Assembly (NCBI GenBank): GCA_016186765.1 | Contig: JACPLD010000003.1 | Span: 6,121-70,120, forward strand | Length of the DNA stretch: 64,000 nucleotides | Source: Candidatus Kaiserbacteria bacterium | GTDB taxonomy: Bacteria; Patescibacteriota; Minisyncoccia; Phycocordibacterales; UBA2100 | Reading direction: 5' to 3' | In this document: positions 18,950-27,098 of the stretch, in pieces | How positions within the stretch are numbered: the first letter of the stretch is position 1 | Layout of the letters: every line of letters starts with the position of its first letter | Position numbers and translations under genes: made by a program | Notes under the pieces: generated by a model | The model's database searches: none | Told to the model about the DNA's origin: nothing | Seen by the model: the letters and a program-made list of their open reading frames with translations, nothing else

Positions 18950-19585
18950 TTAAGCCCTCTTTTTACGCATAAATTCATATCCGTGGCCGATGTCAGTATT
19001 CACCGGGATACCTCTCTCGCAGAGCTCGCATTCCGACTCTTCCCACGATTCGAGGTGCAGATCCACGAGTGACTGAAACTCTCCGGGATTTCCGACTTGC
19101 TCTTTTGTGACTTCACCCCGATTCACAATCGCGATCGCGCCAATGACATTCCCTCCTGCCGCGCGTACCGTCTCAACGACTTTCTTTATCGAGCCGCCCG
19201 TCGTCGTGAGATCCTCGACGACCAACGCGCGTTTTCCCCTAACGATCTGATCGTACCCCCGCTTGAGAGTGAACCCACCCTGTCCATCCTTGTCGGCATA
19301 CGCGCCATAGACTTCTTCGCCCCGCATCTCCGTAAGGTGGTACGCTACCCACTGCGAAAGTATCGCCGCCCCGACCGCGGGACCGACAACGACCTCGATG
19401 CCTTTCTTTGCAAATCGCTCAGCCATCGTCTTGCAAAGGAGCGACGTGTCGCGCGTGTAGGGGTAGAGGGCATCTTTGTTGACGTAGGAGTCGCTGTGCC
19501 TTCCTGAAGTAAAGACGAAATGTCCACTTCGAAATGCACCGACCTTTTGAAGCAAATCCAAAACTTCAGATTCCGTCATAGACAT
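18950..19585 (-). CDS. pyrE: orotate phosphoribosyltransferase
   Basis: PRPP motif ALVVEDLTTTGGS and an OPRT N-terminal region. Start MSMTESEV at 19585 sits 5 nt after the pyrF stop. Confidence 0.8.
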   Translation of the reverse strand: MSMTESEVLDLLQKVGAFRSGHFVFTSGRHSDSYVNKDALYPYTRDTSLLCKTMAERFAKKGIEVVVGPAVGAAILSQWVAYHLTEMRGEEVYGAYADKDGQGGFTLKRGYDQIVRGKRALVVEDLTTTGGSIKKVVETVRAAGGNVIGAIAIVNRGEVTKEQVGNPGEFQSLVDLHLESWEESECELCERGIPVNTDIGHGYEFMRKKRA

Positions 19586-19589
19586 TCCA

Positions 19590-20420
19590 TTATAGCGATT
19601 CACGGATCTTGCTATCGAGCTCCCGCGCTCGCGCACCCGCAATCTCTGCAAAATCTTCGCCCTTCGATGCAAAAATAACTGAGCGTGACGCGTTTACGAT
19701 GAGGCCGCGGCGTCGACTGTCCAATCCCCTCTGTACCGTTTTTTCGAGATCTCCATTCTGGGCACCGACGCCCGCAACAAGGATCGGCATATCACCAACG
19801 ATGCTCCGGACTTCTCCGAGCTCTTCAGGATACGTCGCACCGACCATGAGAGAGCAGTTTCCCTTTGCGTTCCATCGCTCCGCAGCGGAGCGTGCCACGT
19901 ATTTGTAGAGCTGCTCTCCGCCATCCACCGAGAGATTTTGCATTTCCTTCGCGCCCGGATTCGAGGTATGACAGAGAACAATGATGCCTCTCTCTTCACG
20001 ATCAAAAAAAGGCTTGAGAGGTTCCGCGCCAAGGTAGGGATGGACGGTGATCGCGTCCGCTCGAAGATGCTCGAAGGCGGAAATCGCGTACTGCTCGTTC
20101 GTCGAGAGTATGTCGCCACGCTTCGCGTCGAGAATCACGGGAATGTCGGGGGCCACATCGAGAATGTACGCGATCGTCTCCCGCAGGGCAGCGTAGCCCT
20201 CCTCACCCCGCGCTTCGTAAAACGCGGGATTCGGCTTGTAGGCGCAAACCACCGTTTTCGTGGCATCGATAATGGCTCGATTGAACGCAACCATTGTTGT
20301 GCGGGTGTCTTCCTTTTGTGCCGCCTCGGGGATTTTCACCAAGTCGCTATCGAGACCAACGCACAAAAATTTCCCTTCGTCCCATTTTGTCTCCAAAAGC
20401 TCCCGAAAATCCCGCGCCAT
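19590..20420 (-). CDS. pyrF: orotidine 5'-phosphate decarboxylase (type 2)
   Basis: LCVGLD, DAKRGDI (D.K..D) and a length of about 276 aa. Confidence 0.8.
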   Translation of the reverse strand: MARDFRELLETKWDEGKFLCVGLDSDLVKIPEAAQKEDTRTTMVAFNRAIIDATKTVVCAYKPNPAFYEARGEEGYAALRETIAYILDVAPDIPVILDAKRGDILSTNEQYAISAFEHLRADAITVHPYLGAEPLKPFFDREERGIIVLCHTSNPGAKEMQNLSVDGGEQLYKYVARSAAERWNAKGNCSLMVGATYPEELGEVRSIVGDMPILVAGVGAQNGDLEKTVQRGLDSRRRGLIVNASRSVIFASKGEDFAEIAGARARELDSKIRESL

Positions 20421-20494
20421 TGGGCTCTATCCTACCACAGCCTTCGCCGAAAAAGGAAAGCTGGGGACACGAAGCACGCTATAATAGTTCCACA

Positions 20495-21103
20495 ATGAAG
20501 CATACTCTCTATGCGCACGCGCGTCGCTACCTTGCTCGAAGGAAGCCGGGAGAGCGACACATTCTTACCGACGTCGTGTTCATCCTAATGAGCGTTCTCA
20601 TCGCGGTCATTCTCGCGAGCACGCATGCTATTACTCGATTCATTACTGCGACAAGTGGGCTCGAACTTCTAGGCACGTTCGTTGCGGGAATGTTCTTCAC
20701 ATCCATTTTTACGACCGCGCCGGCGATGGCGACCTTGGGAGAGATCGCGCTCTCGCAGTCGGTGTATGTGACGGCGTTTGTAGGCGCCATAGGCTCGGTA
20801 CTTGGAGATCTTCTGATTTTTAAATTTGTGAGAGACAGAGTAGCAGCCGACATCCTCGAGCTGCTTCAAGAAGAAGGAATACTCCGCAGAGCGAGGAAGA
20901 TCTTCAAATTCAAACACTTTCGATGGTTCACGCTCCTTGCCGGCGTGCTTCTCATAGCCTCTCCGCTGCCGGATGAGCTCGGCATCACCCTCCTTGGCTT
21001 CTCGCACGTGAACGCGCGCTACTTCGTTATGCTCTCGTACGTCTTCAACTTCCTCGGCATTCTCGGTATCGGCTTTACCGCACGCGCGATCGCTGGTATT
21101 TAG
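20495..21103 (+). CDS. hypothetical integral membrane protein (4-5 TM); start MKHTLYAH at 20495
   Basis: Multiple TM helices. The ORF-track 5' extension overlaps pyrF on the opposite strand and is rejected. Confidence 0.35.
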   Translation: MKHTLYAHARRYLARRKPGERHILTDVVFILMSVLIAVILASTHAITRFITATSGLELLGTFVAGMFFTSIFTTAPAMATLGEIALSQSVYVTAFVGAIGSVLGDLLIFKFVRDRVAADILELLQEEGILRRARKIFKFKHFRWFTLLAGVLLIASPLPDELGITLLGFSHVNARYFVMLSYVFNFLGILGIGFTARAIAGI

Positions 21104-21732
21104 ACCTTGAGCTTGTTGTGGTTCGTCGCTCGAATCTCTTTGCCGAGGATTTTCCCGCTGCCGTCTACATCGTAGATGTACACTTCGCCCGTGCCAAATT
21201 CGAGGTCGCTGACACCCTCTTCACCCAACCCCTCCAAATATTTCACGAGGGCCCGAAAGTTATTACCGTGCCCGATCGCAAGCACATTCTCCCCGCGCTT
21301 TAGCTCGGGAAGCACGTGCTCTTTATAGTACGGCACGACCCGATCATGCACGTCTTTCATCGTCTCGCCCTCGGGAATAGGATGATCCCAGCGGCGCCGG
21401 ATTTTTCTGAATTCTTCCTCACCCACCTCCTCTTTCACTTGCCATTTGTTCTTCCCCGTGTAAATACCGTAACTTCGCTCCTTGAGCGCGCCATGCACAC
21501 GCGGCTTGAGTCTTTCAAGCTCGAGAATGCCTTTCATTTCCTCAAAAGTTTCTTGCGCACGCTTCAGAGTAGAAACATGAACGTGGTCGATCTTCAAACC
21601 TTTGATCGACTCCGCCGCGCGGCGCGCCTCTTCAATGCCCTCTTCAATAAGACCGATGTCGGTCCAGCCAGTCCATTTGCCCAGTTTGTTCCATTCGGAT
21701 TTGCCGTGACGGACGAGGATCAGTTTTGCCAT
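21100..21732 (-). CDS. gpmA: 2,3-bisphosphoglycerate-dependent phosphoglycerate mutase / histidine phosphatase family
   Basis: LVRHGKSEWN catalytic His motif and a later ...HGN... (second catalytic His). Confidence 0.8.
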   Translation of the reverse strand: MAKLILVRHGKSEWNKLGKWTGWTDIGLIEEGIEEARRAAESIKGLKIDHVHVSTLKRAQETFEEMKGILELERLKPRVHGALKERSYGIYTGKNKWQVKEEVGEEEFRKIRRRWDHPIPEGETMKDVHDRVVPYYKEHVLPELKRGENVLAIGHGNNFRALVKYLEGLGEEGVSDLEFGTGEVYIYDVDGSGKILGKEIRATNHNKLKV

Positions 21733-21744
21733 CGCGGGAGTATA

Positions 21745-22551
21745 TCAAATCACGAACCATCCACGTTCACTCCCAACCTTGGAGAGCTCATTGGTACGAT
21801 CTACGACCACTTTGATCTCCGCTGTTTCAAGCATCGGCAGGTCGCTCATACTGTCGCCTACAGCAAGAAGAGGCGCATGCTCGGAGTCGATGTACTTCTG
21901 CACGCATGCCACCTTACCTTCGAACATGGATAACGGCTCTTCAAGCACCGACGTAAACACGCCGCTTTGCACAACGCTCCTCATGCCGATAAGACCTGCC
22001 TCGATCCCGAAGTGTTGCATCGCCGCGCGCACCGCAGGCTCCGGCGTCGCGCTTATCACCCACACAGAAACTCCCTTTGACTTCAAGAAGTCTGCGATTG
22101 CGAGTACTTCACGGCGCAGTGCAAGGCCGCGCTCAATGTGGAATCCATAGAGCACTTTGGAGCCGATCCGCCTTCCCTCCTCCGTTATAGCAGCGAGTGT
22201 GAGAGCTTCCACTTCTCCGGGAGTAAAGCCAGAGAACATCCTCGCGATGAGTACGTATGCCGCCTTGAGCCGCCCGTTTTTGAGCAACGAGTAGTAGGTG
22301 CTAAACACGCGCTCATGGTAGTCGGAAGAAGGATTTTCTTTGCCAAGAAGCGCTCGATCGCGCAAAAGCTCATGGCCGCAGAGGTACGCAAACGTAGCTT
22401 CACAGACATCGTTCACGATGCACGTGTTGTCGAAGTCGAAAACTGCAAAAGGGGTCTCCCCGGTCTCTCGCAGTCTCCGCGCAACTGCATCTCGAATCCG
22501 GGCAAGATCATCCATGGGGGAACTCCCATGGAAACACGACCCACGCGCCAA
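21745..22551 (-). CDS. HAD-superfamily hydrolase (HAD-IB / phosphoserine phosphatase-like)
   Basis: Motif I FDFDNT and later GDS.SD-type motifs. Confidence 0.55.
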   Translation of the reverse strand: MARGSCFHGSSPMDDLARIRDAVARRLRETGETPFAVFDFDNTCIVNDVCEATFAYLCGHELLRDRALLGKENPSSDYHERVFSTYYSLLKNGRLKAAYVLIARMFSGFTPGEVEALTLAAITEEGRRIGSKVLYGFHIERGLALRREVLAIADFLKSKGVSVWVISATPEPAVRAAMQHFGIEAGLIGMRSVVQSGVFTSVLEEPLSMFEGKVACVQKYIDSEHAPLLAVGDSMSDLPMLETAEIKVVVDRTNELSKVGSERGWFVI

Positions 22552-22966
22552 CTTCGAGCACGTAGAAGTCGGGCGTAAAGACGCGGTCCTTTTTCTTGAG
22601 GACGAGGGTCGCCGCTCTCACCTCGGCAGCACCGTAGTCGCGCTTGAGAATATGCGAAACATGCCGGAGTGTGTGACCCCCATCTACGATTTCGTCCACG
22701 AGGAGAACCTTCTTTCCGCGCAGGTCAACCTTCGGGAGTGCCGTCACTCGGAGCTTCCCTTTGCGCCTTCTCCCATACGAGCGAACCGAGATCGTCGCGA
22801 CATCTTTCGTGCCTAACTCGCCGGCAAGGAGCGCGAGCGGCACGAGCCCGCCAACGGTAACGCCAACAATGCAGTCCGGGCGAAACTTTCGCGCGCGTAC
22901 CTTGCGCGCCAAAAGCTTCGCGAGCTCTTGGACTCTTCTCCACGAAACTCTGGTTGTTTTTTGCAT
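22508..22966 (-). CDS. gpt: xanthine-guanine phosphoribosyltransferase-like PRTase
   Basis: PRPP motif VLLVDEIVDGGHTL and Gpt-like GGLVPLALLAGELG; about 153 aa from MQKTTRV. The ORF-track extension to 23026 would overlap tRNA-Ser. Confidence 0.6.
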   Translation of the reverse strand: MQKTTRVSWRRVQELAKLLARKVRARKFRPDCIVGVTVGGLVPLALLAGELGTKDVATISVRSYGRRRKGKLRVTALPKVDLRGKKVLLVDEIVDGGHTLRHVSHILKRDYGAAEVRAATLVLKKKDRVFTPDFYVLEVGAWVVFPWEFPHG

Positions 22967-22986
22967 GTTACGGTTTTTGGACACTG

Positions 22987-23071
22987 CGGAGGAGGTGAGA
23001 TTCGAACTCACGATGCCTTTCGGCATGGCGGTTTTCGAAACCGCTGGAATAAACCACTATCCGACTCCTCC
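22987..23071 (-). tRNA. tRNA-Ser (anticodon CGA), class II with a long variable arm
   Basis: Hand-folded: acceptor GGAGGAG/CTCCTCC, anticodon stem GCGGT/ACCGC, loop TTCGAAA, variable hairpin ATGCC-GAAA-GGCAT, T-arm GTGAG-TTCGAAT-CTCAC. No encoded CCA. Confidence 0.8.
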
Positions 23072-23188
23072 GTTCGGACAAGCATCGCTTGTCCGCGACT
23101 TCGATAAAGGGAAGCCGCAAACGATCAAACCAGACGACAAAATATCACATTTTATTACTGAGACATAATGCGTTATCATTGCGACGCG

Positions 23189-23260
23189 GCCCTATCGTCT
23201 AACGGTTAGGACGGCTTTCTTTCAAGAAGCAAATCGGGGTTCGACTCCCCGTAGGGTCAT
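23189..23260 (+). tRNA. tRNA-Glu (anticodon TTC)
   Basis: Close to E. coli tRNA-Glu: acceptor GGCCCTA/TAGGGTC, D-arm TCGTCTAACGGTTAGGAC, anticodon loop CTTTCAA, T-loop GGGGTTCGACTCCCC. Confidence 0.85.
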
Positions 23261-23278
23261 CGCATCAAACGCAATCTT

Positions 23279-23530
23279 ATGACCAAAAAAGGGGTCGCCG
23301 GTGGTGTGGTACATAAAGTGCCGGAGGATTTGCGAAAGGCCCTAATTCAGACGCCTGCGGCGCGAGCAGCGTGGGAAGATATTACGCCACTCGCGCGCAA
23401 TGAGTGGATCTGCTGGGTCATCTCCGCTAAGAAAGCGCGGACGCGAAGCCACCGGATCGAGAGGACGCGTACGGAGCTTATAGAAGGAACGCGCAGGCCT
23501 TGTTGTTGGGCCGGCTGTATTCATCGTTGA
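23279..23530 (+). CDS. YdeI/OmpD-associated (OmdA) family small protein
   Basis: Pattern AARAAWEDITPLARNEWICWVISAKKARTRSHRIERTRTELIEG is typical of the family. Confidence 0.5.
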   Translation: MTKKGVAGGVVHKVPEDLRKALIQTPAARAAWEDITPLARNEWICWVISAKKARTRSHRIERTRTELIEGTRRPCCWAGCIHR

Positions 23531-23539
23531 AATAGAATT

Positions 23540-23755
23540 GTGGCGGTCCAAACCCCAAGTAATAAAATCAATATGGAAACTAAAGATAGCAAAATGGATG
23601 ATGAGAATGGCAACTGCAAACAATGTGGGCATCCCTTTGACCCGCATCAAATCATTGCAAATCCCAAAGATTTAGCAGCGGGTGGGATAATGAAGTGCCC
23701 TGTAGATGGGTGTCCTTGTTTCAATACGATCAGTTTTGATTTTAAGAAAGAATGA
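23540..23755 (+). CDS. small Cys-rich (zinc-ribbon-like) protein in the low-GC islet
   Basis: C..C...(18)...C....C.C arrangement (NCKQCGHP ... MKCPVDGCPCF). Local GC is about 40% against about 58% elsewhere in the window. Confidence 0.35.
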   Translation: MAVQTPSNKINMETKDSKMDDENGNCKQCGHPFDPHQIIANPKDLAAGGIMKCPVDGCPCFNTISFDFKKE

Positions 23756-23864
23756 TTTTAGTTCCAACATCGTTCCAGACATCCAGCCAGTTTGAGAAAG
23801 CTCGAGGGGGCGCTGCAGGCAATTTGTTGCTATACAAATTTAATGGATACGATACTATAAAAGT

Positions 23865-24143
23865 ATGAGAAATCCATTTAGGAAAAAGAGTCCAGAGGAA
23901 GAATTTGTAGATTCTTTTCTGAAGGGCATGACAGAGACTATGGGTGATAATCAAGAAGCAAAAGATATGTATGCTCTGATTAAATCGCGTCGAGATTCTG
24001 GCGACTATATAGCTGTCCAAGAGCTTGCGAATAATTTTGTTCAAGCTGCAGGAGCATTGCATCGGGCGGAAAAAGACAGAAAACTTATGGAGGAATTAGG
24101 TTTAGATGAAGATGCTAACATTAAAGAAGAAGGCTCTCGATAG
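23865..24143 (+). CDS. small acidic helical hypothetical protein in the low-GC islet
   Basis: ORF with AT-rich codon usage distinct from its neighbours; no recognisable motif. Confidence 0.3.
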   Translation: MRNPFRKKSPEEEFVDSFLKGMTETMGDNQEAKDMYALIKSRRDSGDYIAVQELANNFVQAAGALHRAEKDRKLMEELGLDEDANIKEEGSR

Positions 24144-24477
24144 ACTTGGAAACACGATTAGTCATAGAAGACTGATTACGTGGGCTCTCGTCGTAGCGCT
24201 CATACTACTGATACCCTTGGTTTTGACGCTCCTTAACCCGAATGCGCGAGTATACGGAGGTGAAGGAGGGGATTGGGATTGGGCACCTGGCGGCTTCGTT
24301 GTCATGGGCCTACTCCTCTTCTGCACGGGTCTCGCCATTGACTTCGCGGTGAGAAAGATTACTCACCCGATATTTCGAATGTTCGCCGTCGCCGCTATCG
24401 TACTCACGCTTCTCGCCATTTGGGTGGAGCTCGCTGTCGACGGGGTGAGCCAGATGATAACGGCACTTGTTGGTTGA
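24106..24477 (+). CDS. hypothetical membrane protein (3 TM)
   Basis: Hydrophobic helices; GC returns to the window average here. Confidence 0.3.
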   Translation: MKMLTLKKKALDRLGNTISHRRLITWALVVALILLIPLVLTLLNPNARVYGGEGGDWDWAPGGFVVMGLLLFCTGLAIDFAVRKITHPIFRMFAVAAIVLTLLAIWVELAVDGVSQMITALVG

Positions 24478-24554
24478 ATTCTTGTCGTATCGGGTTTGCT
24501 CTTCCGCTGCGCCGCCATTTCAAATTCCTAAGGCAGTTTGGGTCATAGCGTATA

Positions 24555-24866
24555 ATGCTCTGCGTGACTCTCAATCCGCTCTACAATGCCCTTCTCGCAG
24601 CCGGCTACATTGTGCTCGTCGCGACTGTCATGAATCTCGCCCACCAGGTGGACGTTCCTGAAAACGGTATTCTCATTCCCATCACGGTGCTCTCCCTCTT
24701 CGTTCTGTCGGCCGCAGTAATGGCGTATCTCTTTGTCTTTCAGCCAGCCCAACTCTACCTTGATGGCAAGAAAACAGAGGCGGTGAATTTGTTTTTGAAA
24801 ACCGTCGGCTTCTTTGCAGGAATAACCGTCATCCTATTAGGAATACTTTTTTGGACTGCCGTCTGA
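24555..24866 (+). CDS. hypothetical membrane protein (3 TM)
   Basis: Three hydrophobic helices in about 103 aa. Confidence 0.3.
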   Translation: MLCVTLNPLYNALLAAGYIVLVATVMNLAHQVDVPENGILIPITVLSLFVLSAAVMAYLFVFQPAQLYLDGKKTEAVNLFLKTVGFFAGITVILLGILFWTAV

Positions 24867-24869
24867 AGT

Positions 24870-25445
24870 TTATTGTGCGGAGAAGACGTCGCCGGCGACA
24901 CTGCCGTCACCACCCGTGACCAGGATGTCTTTGTGGAGGTCGAACTCCCCATCGCCATCGTCAACGTAGATCAAAACTTGATAGCGCTCTCCCGCTGTCG
25001 TTGCCCGAAGAAGCGGGACCTCAATGTCAGCGTGCGTACCCGGCTCGAAGCGCCCAGCGCCGAGCGTGCGGCCATCAGCGTCGCGCACCGCGATCCAGCC
25101 CATCTGTGCAAGCGTAGCGGATTTCACCTTCACACTCATGCCAGCCAGCTGGTCGGTCACGTCAACCGATTCTCTGCTTCCCGCAATCGTCGGCGTCTCC
25201 TCCGAAAGCGGCCCGAATACCGATGTCGGATTTACCGGGGAACTTTCGCTCGTTCTGCCCGCGACCTCTTCTTCAACATCCTCGGTCTCAGAGAGAGACA
25301 CTGAGCCATCGTACGCATTGCGAGCAATGAGCCACCAGCCACCGATGAAGATGAGCGCGAGGATAATGGCCGCGATGATGCGATTCGAGGTGTCGTTTAG
25401 GTCGATACCGGGCTTTTGAGGCATAGCTATCTCGTACAGCCCCAC
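24870..25445 (-). CDS. membrane-anchored hypothetical protein with an acidic extracellular region
   Basis: N-terminal TM (IIAAIILALIFIGGWWLI), an acidic linker, and a C-terminal beta-rich domain. Confidence 0.3.
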   Translation of the reverse strand: MGLYEIAMPQKPGIDLNDTSNRIIAAIILALIFIGGWWLIARNAYDGSVSLSETEDVEEEVAGRTSESSPVNPTSVFGPLSEETPTIAGSRESVDVTDQLAGMSVKVKSATLAQMGWIAVRDADGRTLGAGRFEPGTHADIEVPLLRATTAGERYQVLIYVDDGDGEFDLHKDILVTGGDGSVAGDVFSAQ

Positions 25446-25467
25446 TATAGGTGGAGCGTGAAGTCTG

Positions 25468-26127
25468 TCAAAGGCCTTCCCGTTCGCGCGGCATCCATCC
25501 TAAAACGTCATAGATATCGCTTGCAGGTATTGCCCCCTCGCGCAAGATAACGACGTCCTGTCCTCGTACGCCGACAACGGTGGAAGGCAGAGAGGGTGGA
25601 AGCTCTCCTGCGTCGATCACGAGATCGATTTGCTTAGCCGATTCACCTAGCTGCGTGAGAATTTTCTGCACACTTCGCTCCGATACTTCCCCGCTCACAT
25701 TTGCGCTCGTTGTCGTGTACGGTTTGCCAAACTCCCGCGCGAGCGCGATACAGAAATCATTTTTTGAGACTCGAACGCCTATCGTGCCAACCCCACGAGC
25801 GATCCCCATATCGACTCCCTGCTTCCTCTTGAGAACGAGCGTGAGCGGCCCCGGGAAAAACTCTTTCGCAAGAAGACGCGCACTGTCGTTCACATCGGCA
25901 TACTTCCCCGCCATCGCAAGATCGGCAACGATGCAGTGAATCGGTTTTCCTTCCTCCCTTCCTTTGATATTCCGTACTTTTGCAACAGCTTCATCCGAAA
26001 GTGCATCAGCACCAAGTCCATAGAGCGTGTCCGTGGGATAGAGAACGACGCCGCGCGCGCGCAAAACTTCTGCTGCGCGAAGTGTAGAAGTCTCTATTCC
26101 GACGTCCGAAAGCTGAATCACCTCCAT
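25468..26127 (-). CDS. tsaC: L-threonylcarbamoyladenylate synthase (YrdC/Sua5 family)
   Basis: Signature YPTDTLYGLGADA. Start MEVIQLSD gives about 220 aa. Confidence 0.8.
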   Translation of the reverse strand: MEVIQLSDVGIETSTLRAAEVLRARGVVLYPTDTLYGLGADALSDEAVAKVRNIKGREEGKPIHCIVADLAMAGKYADVNDSARLLAKEFFPGPLTLVLKRKQGVDMGIARGVGTIGVRVSKNDFCIALAREFGKPYTTTSANVSGEVSERSVQKILTQLGESAKQIDLVIDAGELPPSLPSTVVGVRGQDVVILREGAIPASDIYDVLGWMPREREGL

Positions 26128-26174
26128 TGGTTGAATACTAAAAGAAAAAACGCTATCCTGCGACCTGCCTGCCG

Positions 26175-26194
26175 CCTGCCTGCCGGTAGGCAGG
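26175..26194. repeat. GC-rich palindromic repeat (CCTGCCTGCCGGTAGGCAGG), REP-like family copy A
   Basis: Related palindromes at 49422-49441 and 60978-60998, all intergenic. Confidence 0.55.
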
Positions 26195-26209
26195 GTAGGC
26201 AAGGGTGCT

Positions 26210-26283
26210 GCACGCGTAGCTCAGTTGGTTAGAGCGTGTCTTTGACGTAGACAAGGCCCCAGGTTCGAATCCTGGCGCGTGCA
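26210..26283 (+). tRNA. tRNA-Val (anticodon GAC)
   Basis: Acceptor GCACGCG/CGCGTGC, D-arm GCTCAGTTGGTTAGAGC, anticodon arm TGTCT-TTGACGT-AGACA, T-arm CCAGGTTCGAATCCTGG. Confidence 0.85.
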
Positions 26284-26294
26284 CAAAAGAAGAA

Positions 26295-27071
26295 CTACAC
26301 CTCTTTCTTTTCGAGCTTCGCCATGAGCTCGCGCGCCTCTTGAGGAAATCCTTTCTGTGCGATTTGCGTGCCGCTATACTGCACATCAGCTGTAACATCT
26401 TTTCCGATCCAATCTGGTAAAAAACTGTCATCCGCACGACTGCAAAACAAGGTCTCGTCAGCTTTAGAGTGGAACTCGATTTCTATCCTGACTACCCTCT
26501 CCATCCCCTCTCCGTGATGCACGTCGTAATGAATCTCTACGCTATTCCCATTTGGTAATGTGAGGGGGATATAGTAACGGGTCTTTGCGATCGCGTTCCA
26601 AACTCGAGCATCCCACAAACGATTGAATTCCTCTGTTCTCGGATCATCCTCCGAGAATTTGAGTTGGTATTCGTCTTTTCCCAATTCGCCACCGTCAATC
26701 TTTTTCTTAATCGCGACGCGTAACAACCGACCTTCAGCAGGGTGATCGGTGCGACGCAAGCGGAACGTTCTGTCCGCACCACCTGCCATGTGTGCGAGGA
26801 CGTATGCTTGCTCAATTCCCCGCATGTGCCCGTGCGAAAGAGCCATGCACTCATCCTCACTTAGAAGACGTTTCGGAAGAAATCTGCGTTCGACCTCTGC
26901 TTCCCTCTCTACACCCTCGTCACGGTGGTATACCGCATCGAGAAGAGGTGAATCTTTAATGTAGAGCTTCCGTTCTCTCTCATTCTTGCCTGGGTTTCCT
27001 TCGCGGCGTCCCGTCAGAGATTCCGGCATGCTCCTCATGATACGTGAAAACACTTTCCGGTTGTAGCCCAC
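26295..27071 (-). CDS. CYTH-like (triphosphate tunnel metalloenzyme) domain protein
   Basis: N-terminal EVERRFLPKRL (cf. CYTH EiErKfL) and C-terminal VRIEIEFHS (cf. the ElEiE motif). Confidence 0.35.
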   Translation of the reverse strand: MGYNRKVFSRIMRSMPESLTGRREGNPGKNERERKLYIKDSPLLDAVYHRDEGVEREAEVERRFLPKRLLSEDECMALSHGHMRGIEQAYVLAHMAGGADRTFRLRRTDHPAEGRLLRVAIKKKIDGGELGKDEYQLKFSEDDPRTEEFNRLWDARVWNAIAKTRYYIPLTLPNGNSVEIHYDVHHGEGMERVVRIEIEFHSKADETLFCSRADDSFLPDWIGKDVTADVQYSGTQIAQKGFPQEARELMAKLEKKEV

Positions 27072-27098
27072 CTATTGCATATGCGGTATAACGCTCTC

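Noticed and set aside
20294-20494. 5' extension of the membrane-protein ORF upstream of MKHTLYAH
   Set aside because: It overlaps the pyrF start region on the opposite strand. The Pro/Ser-rich sequence is not membrane-protein-like, and a clean ATG lies at 20495.
23742-24062. 106-aa minus-strand ORF in the low-GC islet
   Set aside because: It overlaps two plus-strand ORFs that have better start contexts. AT-rich DNA generates long antisense frames by chance. It is kept in mind only as an alternative reading of the islet.
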